Assembly (NCBI GenBank): GCA_040218735.1
Contig: JAVJQW010000050.1
Location: 256,001 to 320,000, forward strand
Direction: 5' to 3'
Length of the DNA: 64,000 bases
Source of the DNA: Deltaproteobacteria bacterium
GTDB taxonomy: Bacteria > Myxococcota > Kuafuiibacteriia > Kuafuiibacteriales > Kuafuiibacteriaceae
This document shows, piece by piece, positions 27,484 to 37,630 of this stretch (position 1 is the first letter of the stretch; the number at the start of each line of letters is the position of its first letter). The notes under the pieces are model-generated. The model did not search any database, had not been told where the DNA came from, and saw only the letters and a program-made list of their open reading frames with translations. Made by a program: the position numbers and the translations under genes.

Positions 27484-28785
27484 TCAGATCATGACGCTGG
27501 CGTCGTCGATCGAGATCTCGCCGGTCAGCTGACCGCGTTTCTTGAGGCGGTCGTCGCTCATCGCGTCGAGCGCTTCGCGGACCTCGGGGTGCGACGCGAG
27601 CATCTGCTGGAAGTCCTCCTTCGGGAGGAACAGCACCTCGCCCACGGATGTCGCGGTAACCGTCGCGTTGGTCGGCTGCGCACGCAACAGCGAGATCTCA
27701 CCGAACACGTCGCCGCCGCGCAGCCGCGCGAGCTCGGTGACCCCGGCGCCTTCCTTCGTCGTGACGCGGTGCTCACCGCGGAGGATCAGGTACAGGCCGC
27801 GCCCGGCTTCGCCCTCTTCGATGAGGATGTCGTCCGGGAACACCTTCTGCGGCTTGAACTTGGACATCAGCGCGCGCCGGTCCGGCTTCGACAGCGGACG
27901 GAACAACGCGCTGGTCGCCGCGAGGTTCGCGAGGAAGCGTCCGCGCGTGAACTTCTTCAGCGCGAGCTTCACGCTCTCGAGCTCTCCCGCGTGCTCCTCG
28001 AGATCACGACGCGACAGCTCCAGCAGATCCACGTCGCCCTGCGCGACCACCGTCGCGGCGCGCGGCGCGTTCGACACCAACGCCATCTCGCCGAACACCG
28101 CGCCCTGGTGCAGGTGCGCGAGGACGGTGTCCTGCCCCTTCACCTTCTTCGAGACGATCACCACGCCGTCGGCGAGCATGAAGAACGAGTCGCCCGCCTC
28201 CCCTTCCGTGATGATGTGCTCGCCGTTGGTGTGGCGCTTCAGGCGCAGGCTCCCGAGCACACGGATGAACGCGTCCTCGGCGAGGTGCGAGAAGAGCGGG
28301 ATCAGCGGGAAGCGCGCGGGCACCTCCGTGATCGCGTCGGTGTCGGCCGCGATCTTCGCCGCGGTCTCGAGCAGCGAGGGCGCTTCGATCGGCGGGATGT
28401 GCGGCGCCGGCGCGCCGTCCGGGAGCGGCAGCGGCTCCGGAAGGTCGATGTCCCCGACGCGGTCCGACTCCGACGAGTACAGCTCCGCGAGGATGTAGAG
28501 CAGGTCGTCGTAGGACGGGTCGAGCGCGAGCACCATCTTGCAGACCACCAACCCGAGGAGCGGATAGCCGGCCTTGATGTAGTGCCAGGCGAGGCCCTTG
28601 TAGACCTCCTTCGCCCGCTCCTTGTCGCCGAGGTTCAGCAGCGTATCCGCGACGCGGTACCGCGCACGCGTGAACTTCGGCGCGACCTGGATGACCGCGA
28701 GGTACTCACGCAGCGCGTCCTCGTAGCGTCCGGCCGAGAACATGGACTCGGCGCTTGCGTACAGCTCCGGGAGGGTCGTCGCCAT
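27484..28785 (-). CDS. TPR plus two cyclic-nucleotide-binding domains
   Basis: EGEAGDSFF...FGEMAL..APRAATV and EGEAGRGLY...FGEISL..QPTNATV. Confidence 0.92.
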   Translation of the reverse strand: MATTLPELYASAESMFSAGRYEDALREYLAVIQVAPKFTRARYRVADTLLNLGDKERAKEVYKGLAWHYIKAGYPLLGLVVCKMVLALDPSYDDLLYILAELYSSESDRVGDIDLPEPLPLPDGAPAPHIPPIEAPSLLETAAKIAADTDAITEVPARFPLIPLFSHLAEDAFIRVLGSLRLKRHTNGEHIITEGEAGDSFFMLADGVVIVSKKVKGQDTVLAHLHQGAVFGEMALVSNAPRAATVVAQGDVDLLELSRRDLEEHAGELESVKLALKKFTRGRFLANLAATSALFRPLSKPDRRALMSKFKPQKVFPDDILIEEGEAGRGLYLILRGEHRVTTKEGAGVTELARLRGGDVFGEISLLRAQPTNATVTATSVGEVLFLPKEDFQQMLASHPEVREALDAMSDDRLKKRGQLTGEISIDDASVMI

Positions 28786-28802
28786 CGCGACGGACTATAG
28801 AT

Positions 28803-29441
28803 CTAGCTCGTAGCGCCGTACACCCGCGTCAGAAGCTCTTCGATCACCTCGTCTTCGACCAGGTGCGGCTGCACCGGGCGTCGCACGGACGTCATCAGGA
28901 GGATCAGCTTCGGCACGGTCACGCGACTCGTCGCGATGAATGCGGTCTCGTCCGACACGAACACCACCACCGCGCGCTCCCGACGCGCGAGGTGTTCGTC
29001 GAGGGTCTTCGCGTCCTCGACGCACAGGTTCAGCGTCGCGAACTCCCGCGCGACCGCGCGTTTGTACGGGGTCGACGGCAGCTCCGACGTCTCGAGCGGG
29101 TCCTTGCCGAGCGACTCGATCTCGTCCTCGACGCGGCGCAGCTCCATCAAGAGGCGCGGCACGTCCTCCCGCCCCGGCGACGGCTTGAACGCGTCTTCGC
29201 GCACGAACGCGTGCGCGCGCCCGCGGCGCCCGCCGCCCAACGCGAGCTCGCCGATGCGCGCTTCGCTCCCCGCCTCCAGGCTCACCGTGTCGCCGACGGA
29301 CACCGTCGTCCCCACCGCGAGCGGCACCGCCGCCTTCTGCGACTGCGGGACGAGGTGCCCGCGGCCGACGAGATCCACGACCACCACCGGCTCCGCGATC
29401 CGGTGCAGGTCGACGATCGACGTGTCCGGTCGTCCGGTCAT
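28803..29441 (-). CDS. Hypothetical protein
   Basis: ATGA overlap with the upstream HEAT gene; operon context. Confidence 0.65.
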   Translation of the reverse strand: MTGRPDTSIVDLHRIAEPVVVVDLVGRGHLVPQSQKAAVPLAVGTTVSVGDTVSLEAGSEARIGELALGGGRRGRAHAFVREDAFKPSPGREDVPRLLMELRRVEDEIESLGKDPLETSELPSTPYKRAVAREFATLNLCVEDAKTLDEHLARRERAVVVFVSDETAFIATSRVTVPKLILLMTSVRRPVQPHLVEDEVIEELLTRVYGATS

Positions 29442-31081
29442 TCGAGCCACCCCATCGTCACCAGCTTGTTCTTCGCCATGCGGCGCAGCTTGGTGTCCTT
29501 CTCCCCTTCGGCGATCGCCATGAGGATGTCGCCGCCGAGCCCCTGCCCGGCGGAGTCGCCCTCCGCGAGCGAGAAGCCGAGGTAATACAGCTCCTCCTCG
29601 CCGAGGATCGGCTCCTGCTGCAGACGCTCGAGCAGCGGGAAGTCACGCACCTCGAGCAGACGCGCGAACGTCGTCAGGCAGGGGTCCGACTTCTTGCCGC
29701 GCGAGATCACGCGCCGCGACGACTTGAGCTCACAGACACCGAGCTGGAACCGCGCCTCCGCGTCGTCCTTCGACCGGACGATGCGCTTGAACAGCTCCGT
29801 CGCGTCGCCGTACTGGCCGCGCTTCTTCAGCTTCGACGCGCGGTCGAACAGCGTCTCGTTCACCCGCCCCGCGCTCTCGCCACCCACCTGCTTCAGCAGA
29901 TCGATGATCACCGGGGACACGTTCTCGTCCGCGTCGATCACCGCCTCTTCCAAGAACGCGAGCGTCGGCGGCATCAGCTCCGTCGCGCGGGTCTTGAGCC
30001 CGTTTGCAACCTGCCTTGCCTTGTCGCCGTCCGTCATCGCCGCGAGGGTCTTCGTCAACGCGGTGCGCCCGTTCGGCGTGGTGAGCGCGGCCTCCAACGC
30101 GAGCTCGCGGTCCGTCGGGTCGCCGTTCGCCACGACCTCGCCGAGCACCTTCGCGGCCGGCGCCATGTCCACGCCGCCGAGCGCCCGAATCGCGAACCGC
30201 CGCACTGGTGTCCGCTCGCTGGAAGTCAGCTTGCGCACGCGCGGCTCCAGCGCGATCGGGAGCCCCATGTGCACGAGGGTGTCCGCCGCGGGCCCGAGGA
30301 TCGCGGTGGGGGTGTCGTCCGACTCGATCACGCCGAGCAGCGTCTCGTACGCCCGCTCCGAGGTCTTGCGACCCTGCACGATGCCGCGCAGCAGCTCGAG
30401 CGCACGGATGCGCGCGTCGTCCGAGAGCGGCGCCGCCGCGATCCGCACCAGCGGCGCTGCGCTCGCCTCGTGTTTCACCACCCCGATCAGCTCCGCGAGC
30501 GTGATCGCGAGGTCCTCGTTGTCGGCGAGCTCCGTCTCCGCGACACGGCCGAGTCGATCCACCGCCGACTGCGCGTCACTCGCGTCGAGCGCCTCGAGGA
30601 TCGGCGTGAGCGCGCGGCGCGCGGCGTCGAGGATCGCGCCGGTGCCCGTGGGCAGCTCGCCGATGATCTTCTCCTGCGCGGCCCGCGTGCCCATCGCACC
30701 GAGCACCGCGATGGCGCCGATCTTCTGCTTCTCGTCGCGGGCGAGCATCGTCGCGACGTCGTCTTCCGTGACGCCCCGCCCGGACGCGAGGACCTGCTTC
30801 GCCTTCTCGCGGACGTTTTTGTTCGGGTCCTCGAGGAGCGGGCGCAGGTCGTCGACGATCGAGCGCGGTGCGATCTCCCCGATCGCCTCCGCGGCCGCCG
30901 CGCGGAGCTTGGCGTCCTCTTTGTTGCGCGTCGCGCGACGTAACCCGTCGAGCACGCGAGTCTCGTCGATCGCGAGCACGCCGAGCACGATCGCCGCCGC
31001 GGTGCGACGGTCACTGGCGCTGTCGTCGAGCAGCGCGAGGATCTTGTCGACGTGGTCCTTCGATTTCTTGCCGCTGGCCAT
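29438..31081 (-). CDS. HEAT-repeat protein
   Basis: Repeats such as RAAAAEAIG, LLEDPNKNVREKA, VRRFAIRALG. Confidence 0.85.
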   Translation of the reverse strand: MASGKKSKDHVDKILALLDDSASDRRTAAAIVLGVLAIDETRVLDGLRRATRNKEDAKLRAAAAEAIGEIAPRSIVDDLRPLLEDPNKNVREKAKQVLASGRGVTEDDVATMLARDEKQKIGAIAVLGAMGTRAAQEKIIGELPTGTGAILDAARRALTPILEALDASDAQSAVDRLGRVAETELADNEDLAITLAELIGVVKHEASAAPLVRIAAAPLSDDARIRALELLRGIVQGRKTSERAYETLLGVIESDDTPTAILGPAADTLVHMGLPIALEPRVRKLTSSERTPVRRFAIRALGGVDMAPAAKVLGEVVANGDPTDRELALEAALTTPNGRTALTKTLAAMTDGDKARQVANGLKTRATELMPPTLAFLEEAVIDADENVSPVIIDLLKQVGGESAGRVNETLFDRASKLKKRGQYGDATELFKRIVRSKDDAEARFQLGVCELKSSRRVISRGKKSDPCLTTFARLLEVRDFPLLERLQQEPILGEEELYYLGFSLAEGDSAGQGLGGDILMAIAEGEKDTKLRRMAKNKLVTMGWLE

Positions 31082-31090
31082 GGTTCGTCC

Positions 31091-31393
31091 TCACGCGATG
31101 AGCGGTTCGCCGATCTCTTCGAGATAGGTCCAGGTGTAGATGCCGGTGTCGTGTCCGTCCGAGAACGCGAAGCGCAACGCGTACGTCCCGGACTCGGCGA
31201 TGTTCGTGACCACCACCCCCGACACGTTGGGCGGCTCCACCTCCCCCGGCGCGTGCCCACGGCACCCCGCGCACGGGCAGGCGTTCCTAAGATCGTCGTA
31301 CACGTAGGCGCGACCGGAGTCGTCGTCCCACTTGATCGTCACGCGTCCGTTGTCGCGATCGTTCTTCACCTCGACGGGTGTCTTGCTGCTCAT
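31091..31393 (-). CDS. DUF971 / gamma-butyrobetaine hydroxylase N-terminal-like protein
   Basis: LRNACPCAGCRG, GTYALRFAFSDGHDTGIYTWTYL. Confidence 0.9.
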   Translation of the reverse strand: MSSKTPVEVKNDRDNGRVTIKWDDDSGRAYVYDDLRNACPCAGCRGHAPGEVEPPNVSGVVVTNIAESGTYALRFAFSDGHDTGIYTWTYLEEIGEPLIA

Positions 31394-32058
31394 CGCTCGT
31401 TGGCCTCGATCTTCTCGAGGATCCGCTGCTGCGCCTCGAGCTTGTCCTGCATTTGCTTCGCCGCCTTCTTGGCGTCGTCGATCATCGCGGTGGGGCTCGA
31501 CAGCTTCGTGTCGCCCAGACCCGCCACGCGCCGGATCCACGCGAAGTACGATCCGGCGACGAACGCGACGATCAGGAGCACGAGCCCGATCTTCGCGAGC
31601 ACACGCCCCGTTCGGCGCATCACGGAGAGCACGAAGACGAAGACCAGCGTGAGCCCGACCCCGAACATCATCGATGGGATGTCGAGGTCCTTCACGAAGG
31701 GGACGACGTCGCCGACTTCGCGCTGCGCTTGTTTCGCCTTCGCGAGCCCGCCCTTCTTCGCCGCGACCGCCTTCTTCTTGAGCTCGGCCACGACCTTCGC
31801 GGCGTCCTTTTCGTCGATCTTCTTCGCGACCTTCCGAAACTTCGCCGGGATCGCTTCGAGGGAGTCGGCGATCAGCGTGTGGCCGTCGCCGTCTTCGAAG
31901 GAGAACAGGTCGAGCCGCGAGCCCTTCGCTTCGACCTTCTCCGCCTCGGATCGATACGCCTTCGGCACCGCTTCGAGACGGTCGACGATGTGGACGTGCC
32001 CGTCCCCGTCGGTATAGCGATAAAACCCCGGAGGGGCTTGGATTTCAGGCTTCGCCAT
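31390..32058 (-). CDS. Membrane protein with two tandem DUF4124-like motifs
   Basis: YRYTDGDGHVHIVDRLEAVPKAYR and FSFEDGDGHTLIADSLEAIPAKFR, then two TM helices. Confidence 0.7.
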   Translation of the reverse strand: MAKPEIQAPPGFYRYTDGDGHVHIVDRLEAVPKAYRSEAEKVEAKGSRLDLFSFEDGDGHTLIADSLEAIPAKFRKVAKKIDEKDAAKVVAELKKKAVAAKKGGLAKAKQAQREVGDVVPFVKDLDIPSMMFGVGLTLVFVFVLSVMRRTGRVLAKIGLVLLIVAFVAGSYFAWIRRVAGLGDTKLSSPTAMIDDAKKAAKQMQDKLEAQQRILEKIEANER

Positions 32059-32217
32059 ATTTCGGGCCGAGACGGGGCCGAGCGCACCTCGACGTCAGCG
32101 AGGGCGGCCCGCGGATCAGGCTGAAGCTAGCAGGCGCCCCGAGCGGCTTCAACACGCGGCGCACGGAAGGCGACAGGTGGGTCGGAGCCGGGTAGGATAC
32201 TCGGCCGAAGCAGCCTC

Positions 32218-35200
32218 ATGGCGAGCGGATCCACCAGACCAGCGCAGCTCGGCGGCGACAACGTCATCCGCTTCCTCGACTGCGCACATTTCCTCCAGGA
32301 GCTCGCCGGGAACCTCGGTCGAGGACGTGCCCTCGTGCGCACGCGCCGGAGCTTCGAGCTGGGCGAGCGCTTCACCGTGGACGTCGAGGCGCCGGGGGTG
32401 GCGTGGCGCGTCGAGGTCGACGTGCGCGTCGTCTTCTCCCGCAGCGGGTTCGTCGGTCTGGAGCTCGAGCGCTTCGACGAGGCGCTCTCCGCGCTGGATC
32501 GGCTCGGGGAGGCCGCAGAGCGCGCGGACGACGACGTCGAGGACGAACGACCGCCCGTACCTACCGCGCCCGGGCCGGCCGTGCTCAGCGCCGAGAAGAC
32601 CCTCGTCGCCCCCAACCCGGTGATGAACCTCGGCGATGCGTTCACGCCGCTGGGCGATCCACCGCGGACCGGCGAGGCGCAGATCCACATCCGCGAGGAG
32701 GACGAAGCCGAGACCGGTGAGTTCCCCATCCTCCCCGGTGATCCCGTCCCGGATCCCGCGGAGACCGGATCCGTGCGGGTGCCCAACCGCGCGGCGACGA
32801 TCGTCGAGACCGACCTCGTCGCCGCACCGCCGACGAACCGGCGACGACGCCCGCGGGTCTCGACACCCCCGGAGCGCGGCCTCTCGGATCCCGCGCCCGG
32901 CGGTCGGCCGCGCCCCCGGGATCGGATCGACACTTCGACGCAGGACTCGGTCGACATCCCGACCGGTGACGTCCCGGATCCCGCGGAGCACGCGACGCGT
33001 TCGTTGCCGGCCGCGCGACCGGACGCGCCGGCGGCGCCGTCGTCTCGACCCGACGTCCCCATGGCGCCCTCGCTCGCGCTCGACACGAGCGTGCCCATCG
33101 CCCCGTCGCGCAGCGCGCCGCCGCCGGACAGCACCACGGTCGCGTCGGAGAGCTCACGTCCTCGCGCCGCGACCGTGCAGGCGCGGACGGAGTCGCTGTC
33201 GAACTACGAGATCCCTCCGCCGGAGCTCGGCGGATCGGCGATCGTGATGAACCCGCTGCTCGAGGCCGCGCCGGCGGAGGCCACCGCCGACGACGTCGAC
33301 GCGCGCATCATGGAGCCGCCATCGGCGGACGCGGACGTCACGTCCGACGACGTCGACGCTCAAGCCCCGACCCCTGAGGCGACGCCGACGCCCGCGCCGA
33401 GCCTCTCGGACGACCTCGACCTCGACGTGCCGAGCCTCCCCGCGCCCGACGCGGTCCCCGTCGACAACCTCGAAGCGCTCGAGGACGACGACGTGCGGCT
33501 CCCGCGGGTGACCGAGGATGGCCGGGTCGATCTCGCGGACCCCGCGGACCTGCTCGCGCTCTACCTCGGCCAGATTCGGCACGGCACGCTGACGCTCTAC
33601 GGGTCGCTGACCAAGGACGCCGGCGACACGGTGCGGCTCACCATCGAGGGCCCCAACGCGGTCGAGATCGAGGCCCTCGTGATGGCGCGCGTGGGGCCGT
33701 GGTTCACGTTCGCCGTGCCGGACCCTCGCCCGGTCGAGGCCGTGTTGAGCGCGAACGTCGTCCATTGGAAAGAATCCATTGAAGCGCTCGCCGAGAACTA
33801 CCTCGAGGAGAGCGACGAACGGCGCCGCGAAATCGCCGAGCCGGAGCCCGAGCCGTCGCTCGAGGAGAGCGCGACGGCGGACGACTCCGCGCCGCCCCCG
33901 CCCGAGGACCCGATCGTCCCGCCGCCGCCGATCGAGGTGACCGCGGACGACGTCGAGGAGGAGGAGCCGGTGGTCCTCGTTCCGGCGGCGCCCCCGGAGC
34001 CGGAGCCGGAGCCCGAGCCCGAACCCGAGCCGGAGCCCGAGCCCGAGCCGGAACCGGAGCCCGAGCCCGAGGGGGATCCGGATCGCGCGCCGCGCGTGCC
34101 GAAGCTCGACGGGACGAACGTGCGCTTCGATCACACGATCGATCTCGAGCACGAGCTGAAGGTGAACCTCGCGAACGGCGGGCTGTTCGTCGAGGCGGCC
34201 CCCATCCCGATCCGCGAGCGGCGGCGCCTGAAGATCCACATCGGCGACAAACCCACCGGCGTCACCATCGAAGCCGACGTCGTGTTCGCGAGCGGCGGCA
34301 AGGTCGGCTTCTCCGTCCCCGCGTCGGCCGAGGCGCAGACCCAGCTGGAGGAGTACCTCCGCACCGGGACCGCGCAGCCCAGCTCCACGCCGCTGCCGAG
34401 TGAGTCCCCGGTGCCCACCTCCGGGACCCCCGAGCCGCTCCCGCCCGAGCGCGAGGCCTCGGTCGGTGGCGCCTTCGGTGGTGACCTCCTCGCGCCGCTG
34501 TCGATCTCCCAGATCCTCGGGCTGGAGCAGAAACGCGCGTCGTCGACCGCGGACCTCGAGAAGACCTCGGCGGTGCAGCTGATCGAGTACCTCGTCCGTC
34601 AGGGCGAAAAGGGTGTGCTCATGATCCGCGGCCCGCAGCGCACCCAGACGATCTGGTTCCACGGCGGCAGCGTCGCGTACATCCTCGACGAGCCCTTCGA
34701 CGAGGCCACGAGCCTCGGCCGCGTCCTCATCACCCAAAAGAAGCTCAACGACGCCGCGCTGCGCGAGGGCCTCGAGAAGGCGAAGGCGAGCAAGAAGCCC
34801 CTCGGCCGCACGCTCGTCCTCCTCGGCACGATTCGAAAAGCGGAGCTCACCGCGGCGCTCCGCGAGCAGGCGCGCCTCAAGATGGACTACACGTTCGCGA
34901 CGAAGTCCGGGCACTTCGAGTTCGGCCCCTGGCAGGAGCCGCCCGGCAACGCCGACCTCGTCGTGACCAAGGGCCTCGGTCTCCTCGCGCGGTACCTCCG
35001 CAGCCGCTACGACGAGTACAACTACCAAGAGCTCGAAGCGATCTTCGGCGCCAACATGAACCGGCGCGTCGAGCACGAGACCGACTTCGAGAGCATCGCG
35101 ACGAGCCTTCAACTCCAACCCAAGGAGCTTCGATTCCTCGAGCTGTCCCTCGACGGCCACCGTACGATCCACGACGCGGTCCTCGGCAGCCCCGCCGGTC

Positions 35201-35760
35201 GCCTCGGCTCACTCCGCCTGGTCGGCATGTGCCTCAGCATGGCGCTGATCCGCTTCTCGGACGGCAACGCCGTTCGGCGCGAGAAGACGCAGGTCGGCCG
35301 CGAGCCGAGCGCCTTCGTCCGCGTGAAGAACGAGCTGGACGAACGCCTCACGCTGCTCGAGGGCATGAACCACTTCGAGGTGCTCGGCGTGCACTGGTCC
35401 GCGCACCACCGCAACTACCGCGAGGCCTACGACAACGCGAAGCGCGAGTTCAACCTGCGCCGCTCGCCCTACAAGGACGCGCCGGACGACGTGAAGAAGA
35501 AGGTCCAGCGCATCGTGCAGATCCTCGACCAGAGCTACACGACCCTCAACGACGCCACCCAGCGCGTCTCCTACCGCAAGCAGCTCTTCGACAAGACCGA
35601 ACGCCAGTACGCCGCCGAGATGCTCGTGAAGCAGGGCGAGGTCGCGCTCATGCGCGGCGACCGCGTCGGCGCCATCGAAGCCCTGGAGACCGCGGTCGAG
35701 CTCGACCCCTCGACCCGCAACCGCAACCTCCTCATGAGCGCCCGCGAAGGCCGCCGGTAG
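32218..35760 (+). CDS. Multidomain protein: PilZ-like domains, Pro/acidic linkers, DUF4388, J-like domain, TPR
   Basis: NLANGGLFV PilZ-like motif, IWFHGGSV..SLGRVLI DUF4388-like, NHFEVLGV J-like helix, C-terminal TPR. Confidence 0.8.
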   Translation: MASGSTRPAQLGGDNVIRFLDCAHFLQELAGNLGRGRALVRTRRSFELGERFTVDVEAPGVAWRVEVDVRVVFSRSGFVGLELERFDEALSALDRLGEAAERADDDVEDERPPVPTAPGPAVLSAEKTLVAPNPVMNLGDAFTPLGDPPRTGEAQIHIREEDEAETGEFPILPGDPVPDPAETGSVRVPNRAATIVETDLVAAPPTNRRRRPRVSTPPERGLSDPAPGGRPRPRDRIDTSTQDSVDIPTGDVPDPAEHATRSLPAARPDAPAAPSSRPDVPMAPSLALDTSVPIAPSRSAPPPDSTTVASESSRPRAATVQARTESLSNYEIPPPELGGSAIVMNPLLEAAPAEATADDVDARIMEPPSADADVTSDDVDAQAPTPEATPTPAPSLSDDLDLDVPSLPAPDAVPVDNLEALEDDDVRLPRVTEDGRVDLADPADLLALYLGQIRHGTLTLYGSLTKDAGDTVRLTIEGPNAVEIEALVMARVGPWFTFAVPDPRPVEAVLSANVVHWKESIEALAENYLEESDERRREIAEPEPEPSLEESATADDSAPPPPEDPIVPPPPIEVTADDVEEEEPVVLVPAAPPEPEPEPEPEPEPEPEPEPEPEPEPEGDPDRAPRVPKLDGTNVRFDHTIDLEHELKVNLANGGLFVEAAPIPIRERRRLKIHIGDKPTGVTIEADVVFASGGKVGFSVPASAEAQTQLEEYLRTGTAQPSSTPLPSESPVPTSGTPEPLPPEREASVGGAFGGDLLAPLSISQILGLEQKRASSTADLEKTSAVQLIEYLVRQGEKGVLMIRGPQRTQTIWFHGGSVAYILDEPFDEATSLGRVLITQKKLNDAALREGLEKAKASKKPLGRTLVLLGTIRKAELTAALREQARLKMDYTFATKSGHFEFGPWQEPPGNADLVVTKGLGLLARYLRSRYDEYNYQELEAIFGANMNRRVEHETDFESIATSLQLQPKELRFLELSLDGHRTIHDAVLGSPAGRLGSLRLVGMCLSMALIRFSDGNAVRREKTQVGREPSAFVRVKNELDERLTLLEGMNHFEVLGVHWSAHHRNYREAYDNAKREFNLRRSPYKDAPDDVKKKVQRIVQILDQSYTTLNDATQRVSYRKQLFDKTERQYAAEMLVKQGEVALMRGDRVGAIEALETAVELDPSTRNRNLLMSAREGRR
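33994..34071 (+). repeat. (Pro-Glu)x13 hexanucleotide repeat
   Basis: CCSGAR tandem units inside the CDS. Confidence 0.9.
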
Positions 35761-35785
35761 CCCACGGCGCCCGACATTCCCTCCG

Positions 35786-37420
35786 CTACAGCTGCGCGAG
35801 CAGGGACGTCTCGAACCACCCGCTCGTGTCGCCCTTCACGGCGTCCTGCAGCGACTCGCCGTACATCGCCTCGTAGGCCTTGGCCGTGGCCGCCAGCTGG
35901 CCCTTGCTCCGCTTCCCGAGGATCCGGATCAACGCCGCCTCGTCCGTGCCCCACCCGTCGATCGCCTGGTGCAGCGCGACGGCGTCGCGCGTCGCCTGGG
36001 CCTGGTCCACGGTGCCGCTCTCGTCGCGGTTCCCGCTCGCGAGCGTGAGGAGCATCGTCTCGAGGTCGCCGCTCGTGTCGCCCTTGATCGCGTCGTCGAG
36101 CGACTCCCCGAACATCTCCTGGTACGCCGAGCGAATCGCGCGGATCTCCCGGTTCGTCCGGTTCGAGAGCACGTCGATCAGCTTCTGCTCGTCCGTGCCC
36201 AGCCCGTCGATCGCCTCGTGCAGCGCAACCGCATCGCGCGTCGCCTTGCCCTTGTCGACCCGCGGCGCACCGCCGGCCGTCATCTGCCCCTGCAGTCGCC
36301 CGTTCGAGCGGCGCGCCGCGAGCTCGGCGCGCAGGTCGACGCGCTTCGGCGCCGCCTTCTTCGGCGCGGTGTCCGCGCGCTTGAGCTGCGCCAGCAGCGA
36401 GTCCTCGAAGTCACCGCTGGTGTCGCCCTTGATCGCGTCCTCCAGCGACTCGCCGTACATCTCCTGGTACGCCTTCGCGATCGCCTTCAGCTGCGGGCCG
36501 CTCCGTCCGCTGATGATGCGGTTGAGCGTCGCCTCGTCGGTGCCCCACCCGTCCATCGCCTCGTGCAGCGCCGCCGCGTCGCGCGTGGCCGCGTTCTCGT
36601 CGACCTTCCCCGACTCGTCCCGGTTTCCGCGGAGCATCGACAAGAGTGAGTCCTCGAAGTCACCGCTGGTGTCGCCCTTGATCGCGTCCTCCAGCGACTC
36701 GCCGTACATCTCCTGGTACGCCGCCTTGATCGCGTTGATCTGCGTGTTGCTGCGGCCGCTGAGGATGCGCGTCAGCGCGGCCTCGTCCGTGCCCCACCCG
36801 TCCATCGCCTGGTGCAGCGCGACGGCGTCGCGGGTCGCCTGCGCCTGGTCCGCCTTCTGCGCGACCTTCGCTTGCTGCGCCTGCGCGGCGACGGGGATCG
36901 GCGCCGCGCGCACCGCGGGGCGCTGCGCCGGCGCGCGGCTCGGCGCCTGACGCTGGTACAGCTGCGCGAGGCGATCGAAGTCGACCGCGCCCTGCCCGCC
37001 GATCGACTGGTAGAACGGTTGGTAGAACTGCGCCGCGGTGATCAGCTGCGTCAGCATCTCGGCCGCCGCCTGCGCCGTGCGCGGGTCGACGCCGAACGCG
37101 ATGAAGAACCGCGCGAAGTCGGTGGTGTCGAGCGCGCCGAGGCGCGGGTCGTAGAACGGGATCTGCTGATTCGGACGCGGCGCTCGACCGCGGAGGTCGC
37201 GCGCGATGGCGTCGCCGAGCGGGGCCGCCTCGATCTGATCGAAGCCGGACTGCGTGAGGATTACGACGTAGTGCTGGCGCTCGGCTTCGGAGCCACCCAT
37301 GCGAATGCGCAGGTCGTCGGCGCGCGCGGGGGAGCCGGCCAGGCGCGCGTTCGCGGCGGAGTGGCTGGAGCGGGCGTGGACGCTGCGAGGGTTGAGTGCG
37401 GTGTGCGTTTCGATGGCCAT
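35786..37420 (-). CDS. Annexin with four repeats and a long N-terminal extension
   Basis: Four copies of DAxALHxA(M/I)DGxGTDE...L..AIKGDTSG; AGGAGG RBS. Confidence 0.93.
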   Translation of the reverse strand: MAIETHTALNPRSVHARSSHSAANARLAGSPARADDLRIRMGGSEAERQHYVVILTQSGFDQIEAAPLGDAIARDLRGRAPRPNQQIPFYDPRLGALDTTDFARFFIAFGVDPRTAQAAAEMLTQLITAAQFYQPFYQSIGGQGAVDFDRLAQLYQRQAPSRAPAQRPAVRAAPIPVAAQAQQAKVAQKADQAQATRDAVALHQAMDGWGTDEAALTRILSGRSNTQINAIKAAYQEMYGESLEDAIKGDTSGDFEDSLLSMLRGNRDESGKVDENAATRDAAALHEAMDGWGTDEATLNRIISGRSGPQLKAIAKAYQEMYGESLEDAIKGDTSGDFEDSLLAQLKRADTAPKKAAPKRVDLRAELAARRSNGRLQGQMTAGGAPRVDKGKATRDAVALHEAIDGLGTDEQKLIDVLSNRTNREIRAIRSAYQEMFGESLDDAIKGDTSGDLETMLLTLASGNRDESGTVDQAQATRDAVALHQAIDGWGTDEAALIRILGKRSKGQLAATAKAYEAMYGESLQDAVKGDTSGWFETSLLAQL

Positions 37421-37451
37421 GAATCCTCCTGGATGGTGTGCCCGATGCCTT

Positions 37452-37467
37452 TACAAGGTCCGGGCCA
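37452..37467 (-). promoter_or_regulatory. Candidate sigma54 (-24/-12) promoter for the annexin gene
   Basis: Minus strand TGGCCC-GGACC-TTGTA versus consensus TGGCAC-N5-TTGC; the -12 GC is GT. Confidence 0.5.
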
Positions 37468-37506
37468 AGCCGCAGGAGGACGCGCGGCGACGCTCGAGAT
37501 CCCCGG

Positions 37507-37540
37507 TCGGGAGCCCTCTAGGGATCGCGGGGGCTCCCGA
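37507..37540. promoter_or_regulatory. Inverted repeat, candidate enhancer/activator binding site
   Basis: TCGGGAGCCC-N14-GGGCTCCCGA with perfect 10-bp arms, between the annexin and the activator gene. Confidence 0.55.
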
Positions 37541-37630
37541 ATTGGGAACCCCTGCGCGACAGCGTGGTCGGCGTGGGCGGCACCCCTCCACCGCCGGTCC
37601 ACAGCGCGCGGCGAGGTGCCATCGCCTGCT

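Noticed and set aside
36390-36730. Near-identical direct repeat of about 70 bp, 240 bp apart
   Set aside because: Explained by annexin repeats 1 and 2; not a mobile element end.
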